A stretch of 38,090 nucleotides of DNA from Geosiphon pyriformis uo1 (GCA_016748015.1 JAAOMT010000508.1:4620-42709), one strand, 5' to 3'. Counted from the stretch's first letter, positions 1 to 12,955 are shown. Notes: generated by a model from the letters alone, not told the origin. Program-made: numbers and translations.

Positions 1-237
1 TATGGCCAGGTGTTATGGTACTTTAGTCATATTCACGAGGATGCAACTGTTATGCTTGCATATGTAAGATGGGCAAATGTTCCTGATGAACAACCTCTTT
101 TTGGCATCAAGAACTTTCGTGAATTTGGTCGGTGCGAGTTTATTGATGTAAGGATGGTAAGGAAAGTTATTGGATTCTTTGAGATAGATGCAGATATTTA
201 CATTTTAGATAAGGGGGACAATCTTAGTGGTGTGTAG
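1..237 (+). pseudogene. C-terminal fragment of a CMC (CACTA/EnSpm-like) transposase-associated ORF, truncated by the window edge
   Basis: Frame is open from base 1: YGQVLWYFSH...MLAYVRW...FIDVRMVRKVIGFFEI. The YGxVxYF..H / LAYVxW / FI.V..I pattern resembles the C-termini of fungal CMC-type transposase ORFs. Family recalled, not searched. Confidence 0.5.
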
Positions 238-267
238 ATGCGTTAACATTAGATTAGCAATCATCTA

Positions 268-1123
268 TATCCAAATAGTAGCATTATTACAACTATTGGA
301 TTTGCACTGAGAGATTTCATATACATAACGTGCCATCATAAGTTATCCGAGAATTCGATGTGAATTCCTGGATGCATCACATCGAAACATATGAAATTTA
401 TATGAGAAATGCAACACATCTGGATTTAAAGTGTGGAGTTCCGTGTGCATTTAAAAATTCCGTATTATGTATGCGGACCCATAATTCCTGATGAATTCCA
501 AATGGTTCCCTATGCAGTCCTGACATNNNNNNNNNNNNNNNNNNNNAAAATTTAAAGAAAAGAAGTAATAAAATTACATTCCAAGAAGTCATTTCTAGTT
601 CAAGCCTGAAAGTACTAACAGTTACTGAAATCAGTAGTTAATCAATTTTAAAATGTTAGTTTTAATTATTGGTAATTTTGAAATAGTAATGATTAGAAAT
701 TTTGGGTTTTCAAGGTGAATTTTTATTTAAATAGATTTGTAACAATTTTCTGAACTGAAATTGATACTAAGGAAAATAATTCTAGTTAAGATATATTTCT
801 CGAAGAAAAAGCTTTTCTTTTATACAACTTGTCATAGTACTATTCTATGGCCTAGCACTTTTTTCTTTTTCTAATATCCAAATAGTAGCATTATTACAAC
901 TATTGGATTTGCACTGAGAGATTTCATATATATAACGTGCCATCATAAGAATTCGATGTGAATTTCTGGATGCATCACATCGAAACATATGAAATTTATA
1001 TGAGATATGCAACACATCTGGATTTAAAGTGTGGAGTTCCGTGTGCATTTAAAAATTCCGTATTATGTATGCGGACCATAATTCCTGATGAATTCCAAAT
1101 GGTTCCCTATGCAGTCCTGACAT
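268..1123. repeat. Two copies of a ~250-bp segment (268-526 and ~876-1123) on either side of a 20-N gap and an LTR fragment
   Basis: Direct repeat TATCCAAATAGTAGC...GCAGTCCTGACAT. The copies differ by a 9-bp indel (GTTATCCGA) and a few substitutions. Confidence 0.85.
547..873 (-). mobile_element. Fragment of an LTR related to the Gypsy A LTR family
   Basis: The reverse complement contains CATAGAATAGTACTATGACAAGTTGTATAAAAGAAAAGCTT and AAATTGATTAACTACTGATTTCAGTAACTGTTAGT, matching the LTRs at 7507, 22391 and 31282. Confidence 0.8.
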
Positions 1124-1202
1124 ATACGAGATGGAATTCTTGATACGTTCCTGATCATTGCGTATGACTTCATAAAATTCTGGACACAATTTTCTCGTAG
1201 GG

Positions 1203-1493
1203 CTAAATTTTTAGATGGGCTTCGACTTGATGGATATAATGAAGAGCTAAAATTGGCATGGGAATACCAAGGATCTCAACATTATAGTGTTAATGATTTA
1301 TACTACCGGACCAATGGTGAGAGTGGTTTGGCAAGTCAGCAACTGCGAGATCAAAAAAAGCGGGATATATGTAAGTGAGAAGATATAGATCTCATCGAGG
1401 TTTCCACATACAGCAGACCCATTCCCCTATATCCAGCATATATTGCGAGAGAAGGGTTACTTGCGAAATGATAATTCATCAAAGGGCACGTAA
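1203..1493 (+). pseudogene. Vsr/DUF559-like PD-(D/E)xK nuclease remnant of a type common in large DNA viruses
   Basis: Manual translation (absent from the ORF track): [27 protein letters not shown]...[40 protein letters not shown]. Shows the LDGY-x6-A-x-EY-x-G-x-QH and RD-x2-K-x3-C-x4-I-x-LIEV motifs, with one stop and frameshifts. Confidence 0.7.
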
Positions 1494-1586
1494 GTGTCTT
1501 TGCTCTGCAAATAAAAAATTCGGTAAATATATAGCAATAAAGATCTTTATTTTTCGATCTAATATCTAGTACTTATCTTGATTAGA

Positions 1587-2240
1587 ATGAAGCTTGATCG
1601 AGTTGAGAAAATAGTTTTGAATGTAGATGAATACAAACACCCAGAGAGATTTAATGGATTAAATTCAAAATGCCAATGGCGGTTCACTATGGTGGTCTCA
1701 GGGCAAACTAGATCGGGGAAAACTAATGAAGTTATCAGCCTTTTACTTGGAAACAAGATGTATCGAATATTTAGTGGGAAAAAAGGTGAAACATGCTATA
1801 TTAAAAATGATGATCTGGTTTTGATTGGACATCACCTTAAGGAGCCGAAATATAGACACCTGAAAGATTGTTACTGAATAATTTCAAATAGTCCAAAGCC
1901 ATATCGAGAAGATATTACATTCCGATCAATGAAGCCTGACAAAATACCAAAAATTGATGAGTTTTCTCCCGATGGTTATATTTGAAGGTCTATGTACTGA
2001 ACCTAAAAAAATACAAGAGAAAATTTTCCCTTACTTCACTGAAGGACGTCACTCTAACATTAGTTCAATCTACGTAACACAAAGTTTTTTCGACTGTCCA
2101 AAATTAATAAGAAAGTATCTGGATTATATTGTACAAATTTGCAAGGCCGACAATTTGTTGTAATTGATTTGACTAGACCAAAAGAGGACCCTTTTTATCT
2201 TTGCAAAGGTTGGGACCAGCCATTAAAGCTTGATAGTTAG
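1587..2240 (+). pseudogene. A32/Polinton/virophage-type (FtsK-HerA superfamily) DNA packaging ATPase, pseudogenised
   Basis: Walker [13 protein letters not shown], degenerate Walker B MVIFEGL, signature [30 protein letters not shown], and C-terminal [24 protein letters not shown] (stop 2238-2240). Internal TGA at 1875, plus frameshifts or deletions near 1970 and 2135. Confidence 0.85.
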
Positions 2241-2718
2241 ATTCCGTCACGGTGAGACTTGAGGATTGCAGAGCAATATCACTTCGTGCCTCCCATAAGG
2301 AGCGAGTCTCCGACTCATAGAACGCATCTTTTAAATTGGATGAGTAGGGCTCGATATTATGCTTCCAATTATAAGAGATGTTTGTGAAATCTATTTTGGG
2401 TTGCACGACTTTACACTAGATCATATGGCTGATAAATCAGACTGCACTCCATATTATCTGGAAAAAAATAACCGAACGCGATTACACATAAAATGACCAA
2501 GTTCTTTATTATTACAAATAGAAATACAGGGCAATCATCTATATTATCTATATTCTAAAAATACGCGGTTTTTCTAGGCTTAATAGATCCTAATTCTTGG
2601 ATCTTCTCTGCCTCTTTTTGTTTTGTTCTTCAGGTACTTCTTCTCTAGGTGATGATACGGTGGTACTTTTTTCAACACGAGGTGTTTACTTGTGGGTACT
2701 TGCATGAACAGAGATAAA

Positions 2719-3345
2719 TTAACGACCAGGATATTCTATATAATATAAAATTACTTTTGTTGTACGCATAAATGAAATTTGATGTACTAGAATAAATACC
2801 CGTAAATTCAACAATAGCTCAACAAATTCAGGTAAGGTCGATGAGGCTTGTTCAGACCACTGTAGTGGAATTTGGGTTTTTTTCAGATGATAATATCGGT
2901 GTATATCGAGATTGTCCTTAATGAGTACATTCAACTGGATCTCGGTCCCTATAATATCATAACTTGTTATTAAATCGGCAAACAATGAAAAGTTCTGAAA
3001 TAATCTTACAGTACCAAGACTTTACCTGCTATGGCATTTATCTTGGATCGTGTTTGGGAGTGTGACGACCATATTACGTGCTCGTTTCTGTTGAAGCTTC
3101 AATTTAATTAAAATGTTAATTACAACAAAGAAAAACGAAGTAATTCTTACCATAAACTTTTGATGCTGTTTAGGTGACAACTTTCCTACAATGATGGAAT
3201 CAACACGTATGACTCGACTAGCTAGAGGATCTTTCCAGGTTAGATTTTTAATAGGAATATTTTATAGAGTTCCACAGAAAGGGAAGAAGAATCGCTCAAA
3301 AGTCTCCCTTGTAAATATCTTATATTTTTCTTTATCGTATCATCA
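2719..3345 (-). pseudogene. Degenerate gene remnant, possibly a Crinkler-type/REase-like C-terminal domain
   Basis: ORF 2719-2985 (IIGTEIQLNVL...RYYHLKKTQIPLQW...LPEFVELLLNLR) looks protein-like. A possible GTAAG intron donor lies near 3150. Family assignment is weak. Confidence 0.25.
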
Positions 3346-3536
3346 TCAAGAACTTGTTCACTCTTTCTACACATATACATATTAGTTTAAATTCATAGAT
3401 ATTATTGTTACAAAAAGTAATCCGTCATACCATCTTCAATGCCTTGATATCACGTAGACTACAGATGGTTTCATAGGCACATTCGAACTGACGCAGAATA
3501 ACATTTTGTTAGTATAACTTGATAATGTATATATTA

Positions 3537-4387
3537 NNNNNNNNNNNNNNNNNNNNNNNNNNNNNNNNNNNNNNNNNNNNNNNNNNNNNNNNNNNNNNNN
3601 NNNNNNNNNNNNNNNNNNNNNNNNNNNNNNNNNNNNNNNNNNNNNNNNNNNNNNNNNNNNNNNNNNNNNNNNNNNNNNNNNNNNNNNNNNNNNNNNNNNN
3701 NNNNNNNNNNNNNNNNNNNNNNNNNNNNNNNNNNNNNNNNNNNNNNNNNNNNNNNNNNNNNNNNNNNNNNNNNNNNNNNNNNNNNNNNNNNNNNNNNNNN
3801 NNNNNNNNNNNNNNNNNNNNNNNNNNNNNNNNNNNNNNNNNNNNNNNNNNNNNNNNNNNNNNNNNNNNNNNNNNNNNNNNNNNNNNNNNNNNNNNNNNNN
3901 NNNNNNNNNNNNNNNNNNNNNNNNNNNNNNNNNNNNNNNNNNNNNNNNNNNNNNNNNNNNNNNNNNNNNNNNNNNNNNNNNNNNNNNNNNNNNNNNNNNN
4001 NNNNNNNNNNNNNNNNNNNNNNNNNNNNNNNNNNNNNNNNNNNNNNNNNNNNNNNNNNNNNNNNNNNNNNNNNNNNNNNNNNNNNNNNNNNNNNNNNNNN
4101 NNNNNNNNNNNNNNNNNNNNNNNNNNNNNNNNNNNNNNNNNNNNNNNNNNNNNNNNNNNNNNNNNNNNNNNNNNNNNNNNNNNNNNNNNNNNNNNNNNNN
4201 NNNNNNNNNNNNNNNNNNNNNNNNNNNNNNNNNNNNNNNNNNNNNNNNNNNNNNNNNNNNNNNNNNNNNNNNNNNNNNNNNNNNNNNNNNNNNNNNNNNN
4301 NNNNNNNNNNNNNNNNNNNNNNNNNNNNNNNNNNNNNNNNNNNNNNNNNNNNNNNNNNNNNNNNNNNNNNNNNNNNNNNNNNNNNNN
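3537..4387. other. Assembly gap (N run); other gaps at 527-546, 4935-5039 and 35109-35128
   Basis: Runs of N. Confidence 1.
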
Positions 4388-4608
4388 ATCTTATATATTA
4401 AATTTTTACTAATTCAAATAATTTATTAAAGTTAAATTATCTTTTAATTATTTTTATCACTATATAATATTGTTTTTTTTTTGCTATTTATTAATATGTT
4501 ATATCTGACTATAACAATATATTGTTTGTAATACTATACAAATTTGTTTTTAATTTAAATTCTAAAGTTTTTTGTAAAATAAATAACAAACATATCTAAT
4601 TATAAGAG

Positions 4609-5366
4609 AATATTTTTATTATTATTGTATTTTAAAATTTTTAAAAAACAGTTTTTTTAAAGTTAATTAATATTTAGAAAATATTATAAAACCAATTAAA
4701 GTTAAATATATTATTTTAAGTATTTTATAAGATAATAATTAAGAATTTTAATTGATTATAAGCCTAAAAACATATTTGGTAAAATTTTTTATAAAAATTA
4801 AGATCAATAATACTTGATTTATCTATTTTTTTAATAAAAATATTATAATATTACAATACAATTAGTTAATATTACAATATAATTAGTTAATATTAAAGCT
4901 ATAATATATTAATTTTAATACAAAATTTAAAAAANNNNNNNNNNNNNNNNNNNNNNNNNNNNNNNNNNNNNNNNNNNNNNNNNNNNNNNNNNNNNNNNNN
5001 NNNNNNNNNNNNNNNNNNNNNNNNNNNNNNNNNNNNNNNAATATTTTTATTATTATTGTATTTTAAAATTTTTAAAAAACAGTTTTTTTAAAGTTAATTA
5101 TATTTAGAAAATATTATAAAACCAATTAAAGTTAAATATATTATTATTAAGTATTTTATAAGATAATAATTAAGAATTCTAATTGATTATAAGCCTAAAA
5201 ACATATTTGGTAAAATTTTTTATAAAAATTAAGATCAATAATACTTGATTTATCTATTTTTTTAATAAAAATATTATAATATTACAATACAATTAGTTAA
5301 TATTACAATATAATTAGTTAATATTAAAGCTATAATATATTAATTTTAATACAAAATTTAAAAAAT
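4609..5366. repeat. Near-identical ~325-bp duplication flanking gap 4935-5039 (probable unmerged contig overlap)
   Basis: 4609-4934 matches 5040-5366 with about 2 differences, and both copies abut the gap. Confidence 0.85.
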
Positions 5367-7506
5367 TTGAAAAAAATTGATTGTATACTAAAACATTTAA
5401 TAATTGTGTACTTAATTTAGTTCATTAAGAACCAAATATTTATTAATTATTTAATATTTTGGTATTAAGTTTGTTATATTGTTTATATAATAATAATTTT
5501 TTTTTTTTTTTATATTTAATGAGTGAAGTCCAAACGCAACTTAGAATTATACATCAAAGAAATGATCTAAACTAAGCATGAATCATGCACTTTCTACACG
5601 TAACCAGCCACTTGAGCCAGTCAGGACAACACTACATATCTATATTAACAGAAATTGAGTCACCAATAGCTGAGAAAAACAAACAAGATTTGCAAAAACC
5701 AAAACGAACGCCAAAAGCTTCAGCAATACCAAGCAATTTAATCACACCACCTGAGAATCTCAAAACTAAACCAGAAACAGCCTCCCGAAACCATCCACTG
5801 AAAACAAAACCCTTGTAAAGAGCTGAGGACACCAAGAAATCTGAAGCACAGGTCAACAACAGCTGCAATACATTAGAAGAAGAGAGGGAAAAACCAGAAA
5901 TTGCCTTCCAAGAAGACATACAGGATTCCAAAATCCAACGACGAGCTGAATCATCAATTACACAAGAAAACACATGACCAGATACTTCTACCTCACCACA
6001 ATACAGACACAGAACACTCAGATAACATCTATTATAAATGCACTTTCATATAGCCATGGGAAGCTGATAGTGCAAAGCCTTCATTAAGTAAGTACGAACG
6101 TCAGTGGTGCACCTGCTGGTGAAACCTGTTGCCATATGCGAATCAGAATGCCAAATCCTGGAAAAACTAGGCCAATCAATATCCAAGTGCAAATTTCTAG
6201 GTAGAAACCCAGAACTGGAACCGACCTCCCAATGCGCCCAACAAACAGCACAAAAAATATCTCGAACAAAGTGTCTAAAATTACCAGACACAATACCATT
6301 ATTCACCAACAAAAAACGTTCATCAACACGAGAAGTTAGAAACCAATTATAGAGAGTCACAGCATCAGTGATGTTGTCAGCTCGATCATTTCCCGATACA
6401 CCAGAGTGACCCTTAACCTTGTGCCAGCTAACTCTTAAATTCTTACTGCAAATAACATTTCCAATATGCCGGCACTTGACCCAGCACCGATTGTGAAAGT
6501 CAGAATACACCAAGTCAACCTCTGACATGCAAGCATCCAAGGCGGCCTGACTGTCTGAAAACAAACAAACAGAGCAAGCCACAGGTACACACTCCAGAGC
6601 CAATGCTATAGCCTGCAATTCTGCCAAAGGAGATGACACCGAACTCTGAACACTGATACTCAAACCCAAGTTAATGTTCTCAAAAAAGGCAGCAGCCCCA
6701 GCCTTACACCCAATCATGCCCAAATTTTTTAATGACCCATCCGTATACACAGACAAACTATCAGCATCAACCTGAGAGAGACAATCACATACAGACACAA
6801 AATCATCAGAACCACAAATGTTTATAGGACCAATACCAACCAAAACCGAGGGAGAAGAATGGGAGGCCACAAGAAACTTGACTGAATGTTCGAACCACTC
6901 AGGGACTGGATTACAAGGATCCAGTCTTTTCCATTGCTTAAAGGTGAGCCAGCTAAAGACATTACCATGGTGATTCCGAAGCTGGTCCACAAAGACAACA
7001 CCATAATGCCGAAAAGATGGCAAAAACCTGAAAAACAAAGACTCACCAAGAACAACAGACATAAGAACCCCACTGCAAAACTGGAAAGCACTGGCCAAAG
7101 AACCACCCAAAGACAGCTTGCAGTCAAGAAGAATGGAAACCACACCAGCCAAGAAATTATAAGAAACACTAACACAAATGCGAGTAGGAGAGATCAAGGG
7201 ATGAATAGGCTGCCAGCACAGAACTTGCAAGTCATGAGATCTGTGACTGAACATACACCCTAAAATCCCGATAGAGTTTGTGAAACTGATAAGTGAAGCA
7301 ATCTTACTTTCTGACTGACACTGTAAAAAGGACTTTAAACCATAAAAGGAAGGATAATAGATTGTATCACTAGGAAAATTCTACAGGAGACCAGATTTAA
7401 GTTTCAAACATTTGCGAACCAAAGCGTCTCATTTGTTGCACATGCCAACAGGAACCAAGCTAAACTGCATTCTGTAGCTGATTATAAGATGAAGGACCAT
7501 CAACAC

Positions 7507-8518
7507 TGTTACCAGTAGAATTTTAGCTATTAATTAGCATGAAATTACCCTTATAATTCTTATAATTCATTAGTATATTAATATTATTTCAGATTATTAT
7601 TTATTATTTAATCAATTATCACATATCACAATTCAATTAAAATAATCTAATTAGTATAACAGAAAGTAAGATGATCAAATTATACAATATCCTGAACTTT
7701 GTAACATTCAAAAATTCGCCGAAATTTACAGAAATTCGCCGAAATTTATAAGAAATTCGCCGAAATTTACAGAAATTTACCGAAATTATGAATAGTTCAC
7801 CCAAATTAATCAATAGTTCAGCAAAATAACTTGTAGTTCATCAAAATGTATCTTTAGTTTGCTGGAATTTGGGCAAAGAAAAAAAGTGCAAGTTTATAAA
7901 CTAGTACTACAACAAGTTGTATAAAAGAAGAGCTTTTCTCTTCTGGAAAATGTATCTTACTTTAGATTTATCTCTTAAAACCGTTCCTATACACACAAAA
8001 AGAAATAAATATCAAATAATTCAAAAAACCAAATTCTTTAATTATTGTACTTGGAAAAATCCCCAAAACTCAACTAACATTTTGAAATTGATTAGCTACC
8101 AATTTCAGTAAACTGTTAGTGACTCCAGGCCTGAATAGAAAATGTTTCTCTTGACAAAATTCTATTTCTTTTACATTTCTTTTATTTTTCTTTTCTTTTT
8201 TTATTACAATCATTAGGGTAGTCTACAGACAAAATTCCTGTAGAAGAGTTGACTTTCACAGCAAAGTAACTATACATTTTAGTGAGCTTCCAAACGAGCA
8301 ATTCCTGGGAAAGAGTTAACGTTTACTACAACATAACTACATAAAGTAACTGGCAAGGAATTGGTCATTCCACTTATAAGCCCAGCAGTTCAAATTATAG
8401 AAGATAATTTGAAGATAAATTCAGTTATTGGAGGTTTAACCACATCCAGAAAACGTGAATTCACAACAAACAGGCATCAACAACATTTAAGAAAAGAGAC
8501 CAAAAACCTCCGGTAACA
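7507..8518 (+). mobile_element. Solo LTR (1012 bp) related to Gypsy A, inserted in the LINE RT region
   Basis: Termini TGTTACCAG...CCGGTAACA and 4-bp TSD ACAC (7503-7506, 8519-8522). Removing it restores the LINE frame (KQFLYLV|LMVLHLIISYRMQF). Homologous to the LTRs at 22391 and 31282. Confidence 0.95.
7711..7788 (+). repeat. ~20-bp tandem repeat (GAAATTCGCCGAAATTTACA) about 3.5 times, inside the solo LTR
   Basis: Directly visible, with 10-bp sub-periodicity. Confidence 0.9.
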
Positions 8519-11158
8519 ACACCAAATACAAAAATTGCTTATCTGAAACTGCCTTTCTCAAGACCAGATTAGTGAAAAAATGAACATCTGAATTTGCTTT
8601 AGCCAAACTGGGCTTCGAAAAACCCTCAGTCGAGAGAAAAATACCCAAGTACCAATGAGATTCACCCCTTTTGGCAATAGAGATTGGTAAGCCACTGATG
8701 GAGAGAAAAGGATTGCTGACCTTACTATTGATAGGAATGGCCACTGTCTTGTCATTATTAATTGAAATATCATTAATATGAAAAAATTTGCCAGTTACAT
8801 TAAGAATATGTTGAGTAGCACTTTGACTGCTACCAACCCAGATTGTATCATTGACAAAAGCACCAGCAGCAAAAAAAGAAGATAGTCCAGCCTGAGATTC
8901 GATACGACCACTTTTAGACACAAAATGAGAGTTCAACCTATACCCATACACACTTCCTTGATGCTTGACTTCACACAATAGAGGGTCATAAAATATATGC
9001 CACAGAAGTGGGGAAAAAATCTCTCCTTGATCCAAACCATCATGCACATGATAGCCATCCGTCAAACTGAAATCTGTTATCACATAGTTGGTGCGATTTT
9101 TATGAATACTGCCAAAAAACCGAATAAATTTGCTGCACATCTTAATTCTGACCAAACTCTTCTTGAGGTGTTCCCAGCCAACCGAATTGTAAGCTTTTTG
9201 CATGTTCTACAAAACCAACCAGAGCTCTCAGTTTTTCTCCAGAGTGTTTTCAATAACTGAACCAATAGCAAAAATGGGTGACTGAGTTGCTGTACTCTTT
9301 AAAACTGAAAAATTGTTACCACGTAAGATATTATGAGAGCTGCAAGCCAGTGAGATCCTGTCCAACAGAATCTTGGAGAGAATTTTGTGGGCAGTCTTGA
9401 TCAAAGCAATAGGATGAGTATTCATGAGAACACCTTTCCACTCATAGGGCTTGGGAATCATTGAAACCCAAGTCTTTTTCCAAGGACCAGGTATTAATTC
9501 ACAAGATAGACAAGAATTCAACAGGACCAGAAGCAAACCCAAAACTGACTTATCATAATGTTTCTATAGTTCATTAGAAATATCCGAAAAACCAGTGGCT
9601 TTGCCATCAAGCAGATTAGAGACCACATGATGCAACTCATCAAAATTAATCACACACATCACCCCAGAGAAAGCCTCATCAAAAACGTAGTCCAAAGGTC
9701 AATACTGATGAGACCAAGCATTAGAAATATTATCAACCACCAACCACTTCCTGGTCCATCTTTCCATAATATTGTCAATGTTAGATTTTATCAAATCAGA
9801 CTCAAGAATTAACTTGTTGCCCATGACCAAATGATCTAAAACCACCTTGTGGAAGGGTCATTCCAGCATGCTTCTGATCATATGACTTTTATTCACCTCA
9901 AAATTCTCCATTCTCTTATCTATAGCAGACCTGATGTTTGCTTTTTTAACTCTCAAAGATTCAGCAAGCTTGAATGCATGATAAGATCTCCTAGCACCAA
10001 AGAGAGCAGAACAAACAACATCAGTGCCAGCACCAGAATCTACTAAACCCTGCACAACTGAAGCCCTAACATTGTCCAAAAAAACCCAATGTCCCATAAA
10101 AGACTCAAAATTTGCAACACACTCCTCACATAAGGCCTTGACAATCTTGAAAACCAAAAGCTCCAATTTGTGAAATCTCAAAGATTTCTTGGTGAAAACA
10201 TTATCGAAGCCTTTGAACCACTTTTTTTTAAACACTTCACTAGCTGAAAGAACCAATATCTTGTAAACAATGTTCTACATTGTATCCAAGTCTGAAAACC
10301 ACGCAGAAGTGGCAAATTCATCTGAGAACATCGTAGTGTTGACCAACATGGCATTTTTAAAATTGTTCTATCTAATCCCATCAGCATCCTTAAAATCGAA
10401 CTTCCAATGATCCTTGTTTGCCTGTTTTCAAAGAAAATTCAACTGCATATCCAAAAGCCCACCCAAGCCTATGGACACAGAAAAAGCCCAGTAATCTGTG
10501 TCATAATGTTCACCAACATCCAAAACATTACGATATATGATTGCATTGACCAGACTTGAGGAAACAAACACATAATCAATAGTCTTCTTCACATCTTTTG
10601 AATTTTTCCATGTAGGACTTTTCACAACTGGACTACCTAACAGAGAGTTGACTAGCCCCAAATTGAGGCACTTCTTAAAACTTGCACTTTTACGCAAACC
10701 ATCTTCATTGAAATCACCCCCAAGAATGACAAAAGAAAATTCATTAACAGCCTTTGCAATGAGAGAGTTAATCTCACCAGCCTGAAAAAACCGAACCACT
10801 GATGAAGTGTCTACATAAAGCCCTAAAATTGATACCGAAAGTTTATTCTTGAACAGCAACTTGATAGATAGAAGCCAGCCAGGCACCTCAGAAACCTTGC
10901 ACACATGTCTCGCCAAAGAAGAATTCATGGCAATTACAACACCAACAGCCAGATAACCAGAATCCAAGCCAGAGGTAAATACTCTTATACCATCAAATTT
11001 GTTGACAATTTAGGGGCAAACCCTCCCTTTTAACTTTGTTTCTGTAAAAATTGAAATCAAATTGTTCATGTTATTGTGCCAATAAATAATGTCATCCTGT
11101 TTCGCAGGATTGGTCATTCCTTTAATATTGCATATGGCGACCTTCCAAATGAGCTCAC

Positions 11159-12955
11159 TCATTGAGAAGAGAGTTGAGAGTTTGCACCGCCAGCCAAAAC
11201 TGAACTTTCAAAACGAGCAGACAAGCTTAACACAGATTTGGAGAGTCTCTCCAACATATTTTCTAACCTAGTAACTTGGGGAATACCGATGAGTCCACAA
11301 TCGCAGCAGTCTCCTTACTAGTGGTCTTACTCAAAGCCATTTCCATTACTATATCACCCTCCGGATTCTATGATGGGGGGGTCACCAGCAGCTAACATCC
11401 AGGGCTAGACTGGGAAACTGCCGGCATGAGTGAATCCAACCTCTTAGCCAACTCACCAATTTGTCCCGCGAGGCTAACAAGACTGCTTTCAATACTGGCT
11501 AGACATTTTTCCAATTTATCTACAATGGTAGGAAGAGATTCACCATTAATAATGGAACCAAATTGTGACTTGCTACCAGAGGGGGGAGAAGCACCAACAA
11601 CTGACACCCAAGTTTTTACCACCAAATGCCAGGAGACAGGAGATGGGAGCAGATTTCTTCACGTAAATCCTCACCAGTTTGAGCTGGTCCTGAGCCAAAA
11701 GGGCAGCCCTTCTGCCATTCAGAACTGTAGCATCTTTGACAAACCTACAACTAAGAAACATATGACCAAAATTCTTGCAAACCGCACATGATGCCAAAGA
11801 AAAATGAGACCAGTGGAGACCAACATTCTTTATAACTGAAGTTACTGCCATTGTATTAACCAGATCCAATTCAGAACCAAAACACACAGAGGCACAATGG
11901 GCACGAAAATAATTCAAGGGATTGTGATTAATGAAACAAGTTTTCTTACTGATAGAACCAATAAAGTCTCACAAATCATGAGCTGTGGTTTCCACAGGGA
12001 AAATATGTAGCAAAGCCCTAAAACTATCCCTGGCATCTCATAATTGTTTGTCAATATCAGTCCTGGCCACATGAACTGCATCTTTTCCAATGAGGATGGA
12101 CCACTTAGAGGCCAATAAATCAGCTTGTGTTTGATCTTCTAATTCGACAATTACCTTCTGCCACAAACCCACCAACTGCATTTTGATCATCTTAATCTTC
12201 CCAAATTCAGACACCACAACATGCACAGCCTCCACAGAAGTTTCCACTAGAATTTTCTTTAACACAATAGTTCGATTCATACAATTGTCACCAGGGCACT
12301 TAAGATTGGTGTTTACCATAATACCACGATCATTTGCTATTTTTGCCGCCACTATCATCGCCTTTTCAGAAGTGAAAAATGCCCGAATAATACCACTAAA
12401 TTTTGAGGGGATAGAGATTCTCCCAAAACCATTCACACCAGAAAAAATTTTTCTGACATAAGCCAATTTCTCTTGAGATGACTTGCCAGCAACCACTCTA
12501 AGATCAATATCTAGAGCAAAAGATTTCCTGACCGAGACCTGCACCATATGTTTGAGAGAAAGAAATGAAGGGAGAGAGAATGACCCATCCAAAATATCAT
12601 CATCATCATCATTTTCCATGCCAAAGTTAATAGTGCCAAGAGGCTTCCCAAGAGTATGCTTGGTAACAATTCTTTTAGGACCCTTAGACATCATATTAGT
12701 ATCAACACCACCAGACTCTTCTCCACTTTCTTGCCTGAAGCTAGTTTCTTCCATTAGACATTCTTTCTCCATATTAATGCTATTGGACTCAGTGGTATCA
12801 CCAGTTTTTGAACCCCATAAACGACTATTCTAAACCTTAGTATTAACAACCTTATCATCAGAACTATCTTCTAGAGCACCACCTCTTCTCTTCTTCTTTG
12901 GAAGAACAGATTTAAAGCCATCATTAGAGCCAGAAACTTTAGTAGTCTTTTTCAT
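11159..12955 (-). pseudogene. LINE copy 1 ORF1 (gag-like, CCHC knuckle, C-terminal coiled coil)
   Basis: MKKTTKVSGSNDGFKSVLPKKKRRGG...; CX2CX4HX4C knuckle CAVCKNFGHMFLSC (about 11747-11788); heptad-like LEKCLASIESSLVSLAGQIGELAKRL. Its TGA overlaps the ORF2 ATG. Confidence 0.88.

Larger units (their letters stand above)
1..1202 (+). mobile_element. Right end of a putative CMC/EnSpm-like DNA transposon
   Basis: The transposase-like ORF is followed by a region rich in short (G)AATTC(C) motifs and ends ...TTTTCTCGTAGGG at 1202 (reverse complement CCCTACGAG, a CCC-start TIR style). The nuclease frame starts abruptly right after it. Confidence 0.4.
5632..11162 (-). pseudogene. LINE ORF2 (APE endonuclease, reverse transcriptase, RNase H, C-terminal Zn knuckle), with premature stops and a solo-LTR insertion
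   Basis: Start MSELIWKVAICNIKG..ETKL; APE GGDFN and TIDY; RT DMQKAYNSV, GLDQGEIFSPLLW, AFVNDT; RNase H VYTDGS, AELQAI, SDSQ, KVKGHSG, NDRAD; C-terminal CLYCGEVEVSGHVFSC. Confidence 0.95.

Noticed and set aside
3519-4412. 297-aa ORF in the track
   Set aside because: Almost entirely Ns; artefact of the gap.
4609-5366. Tandem duplication of an AT-rich segment
   Set aside because: Near-identical copies abutting a gap; likely an assembly artefact.
5585-7263. Several plus-strand and alternative-frame ORFs overlapping LINE ORF2
   Set aside because: Shadow ORFs of the LINE coding sequence with no recognisable motifs.
7711-7788. CRISPR-like periodic repeats
   Set aside because: No unique spacers, eukaryotic context, and located within an LTR.
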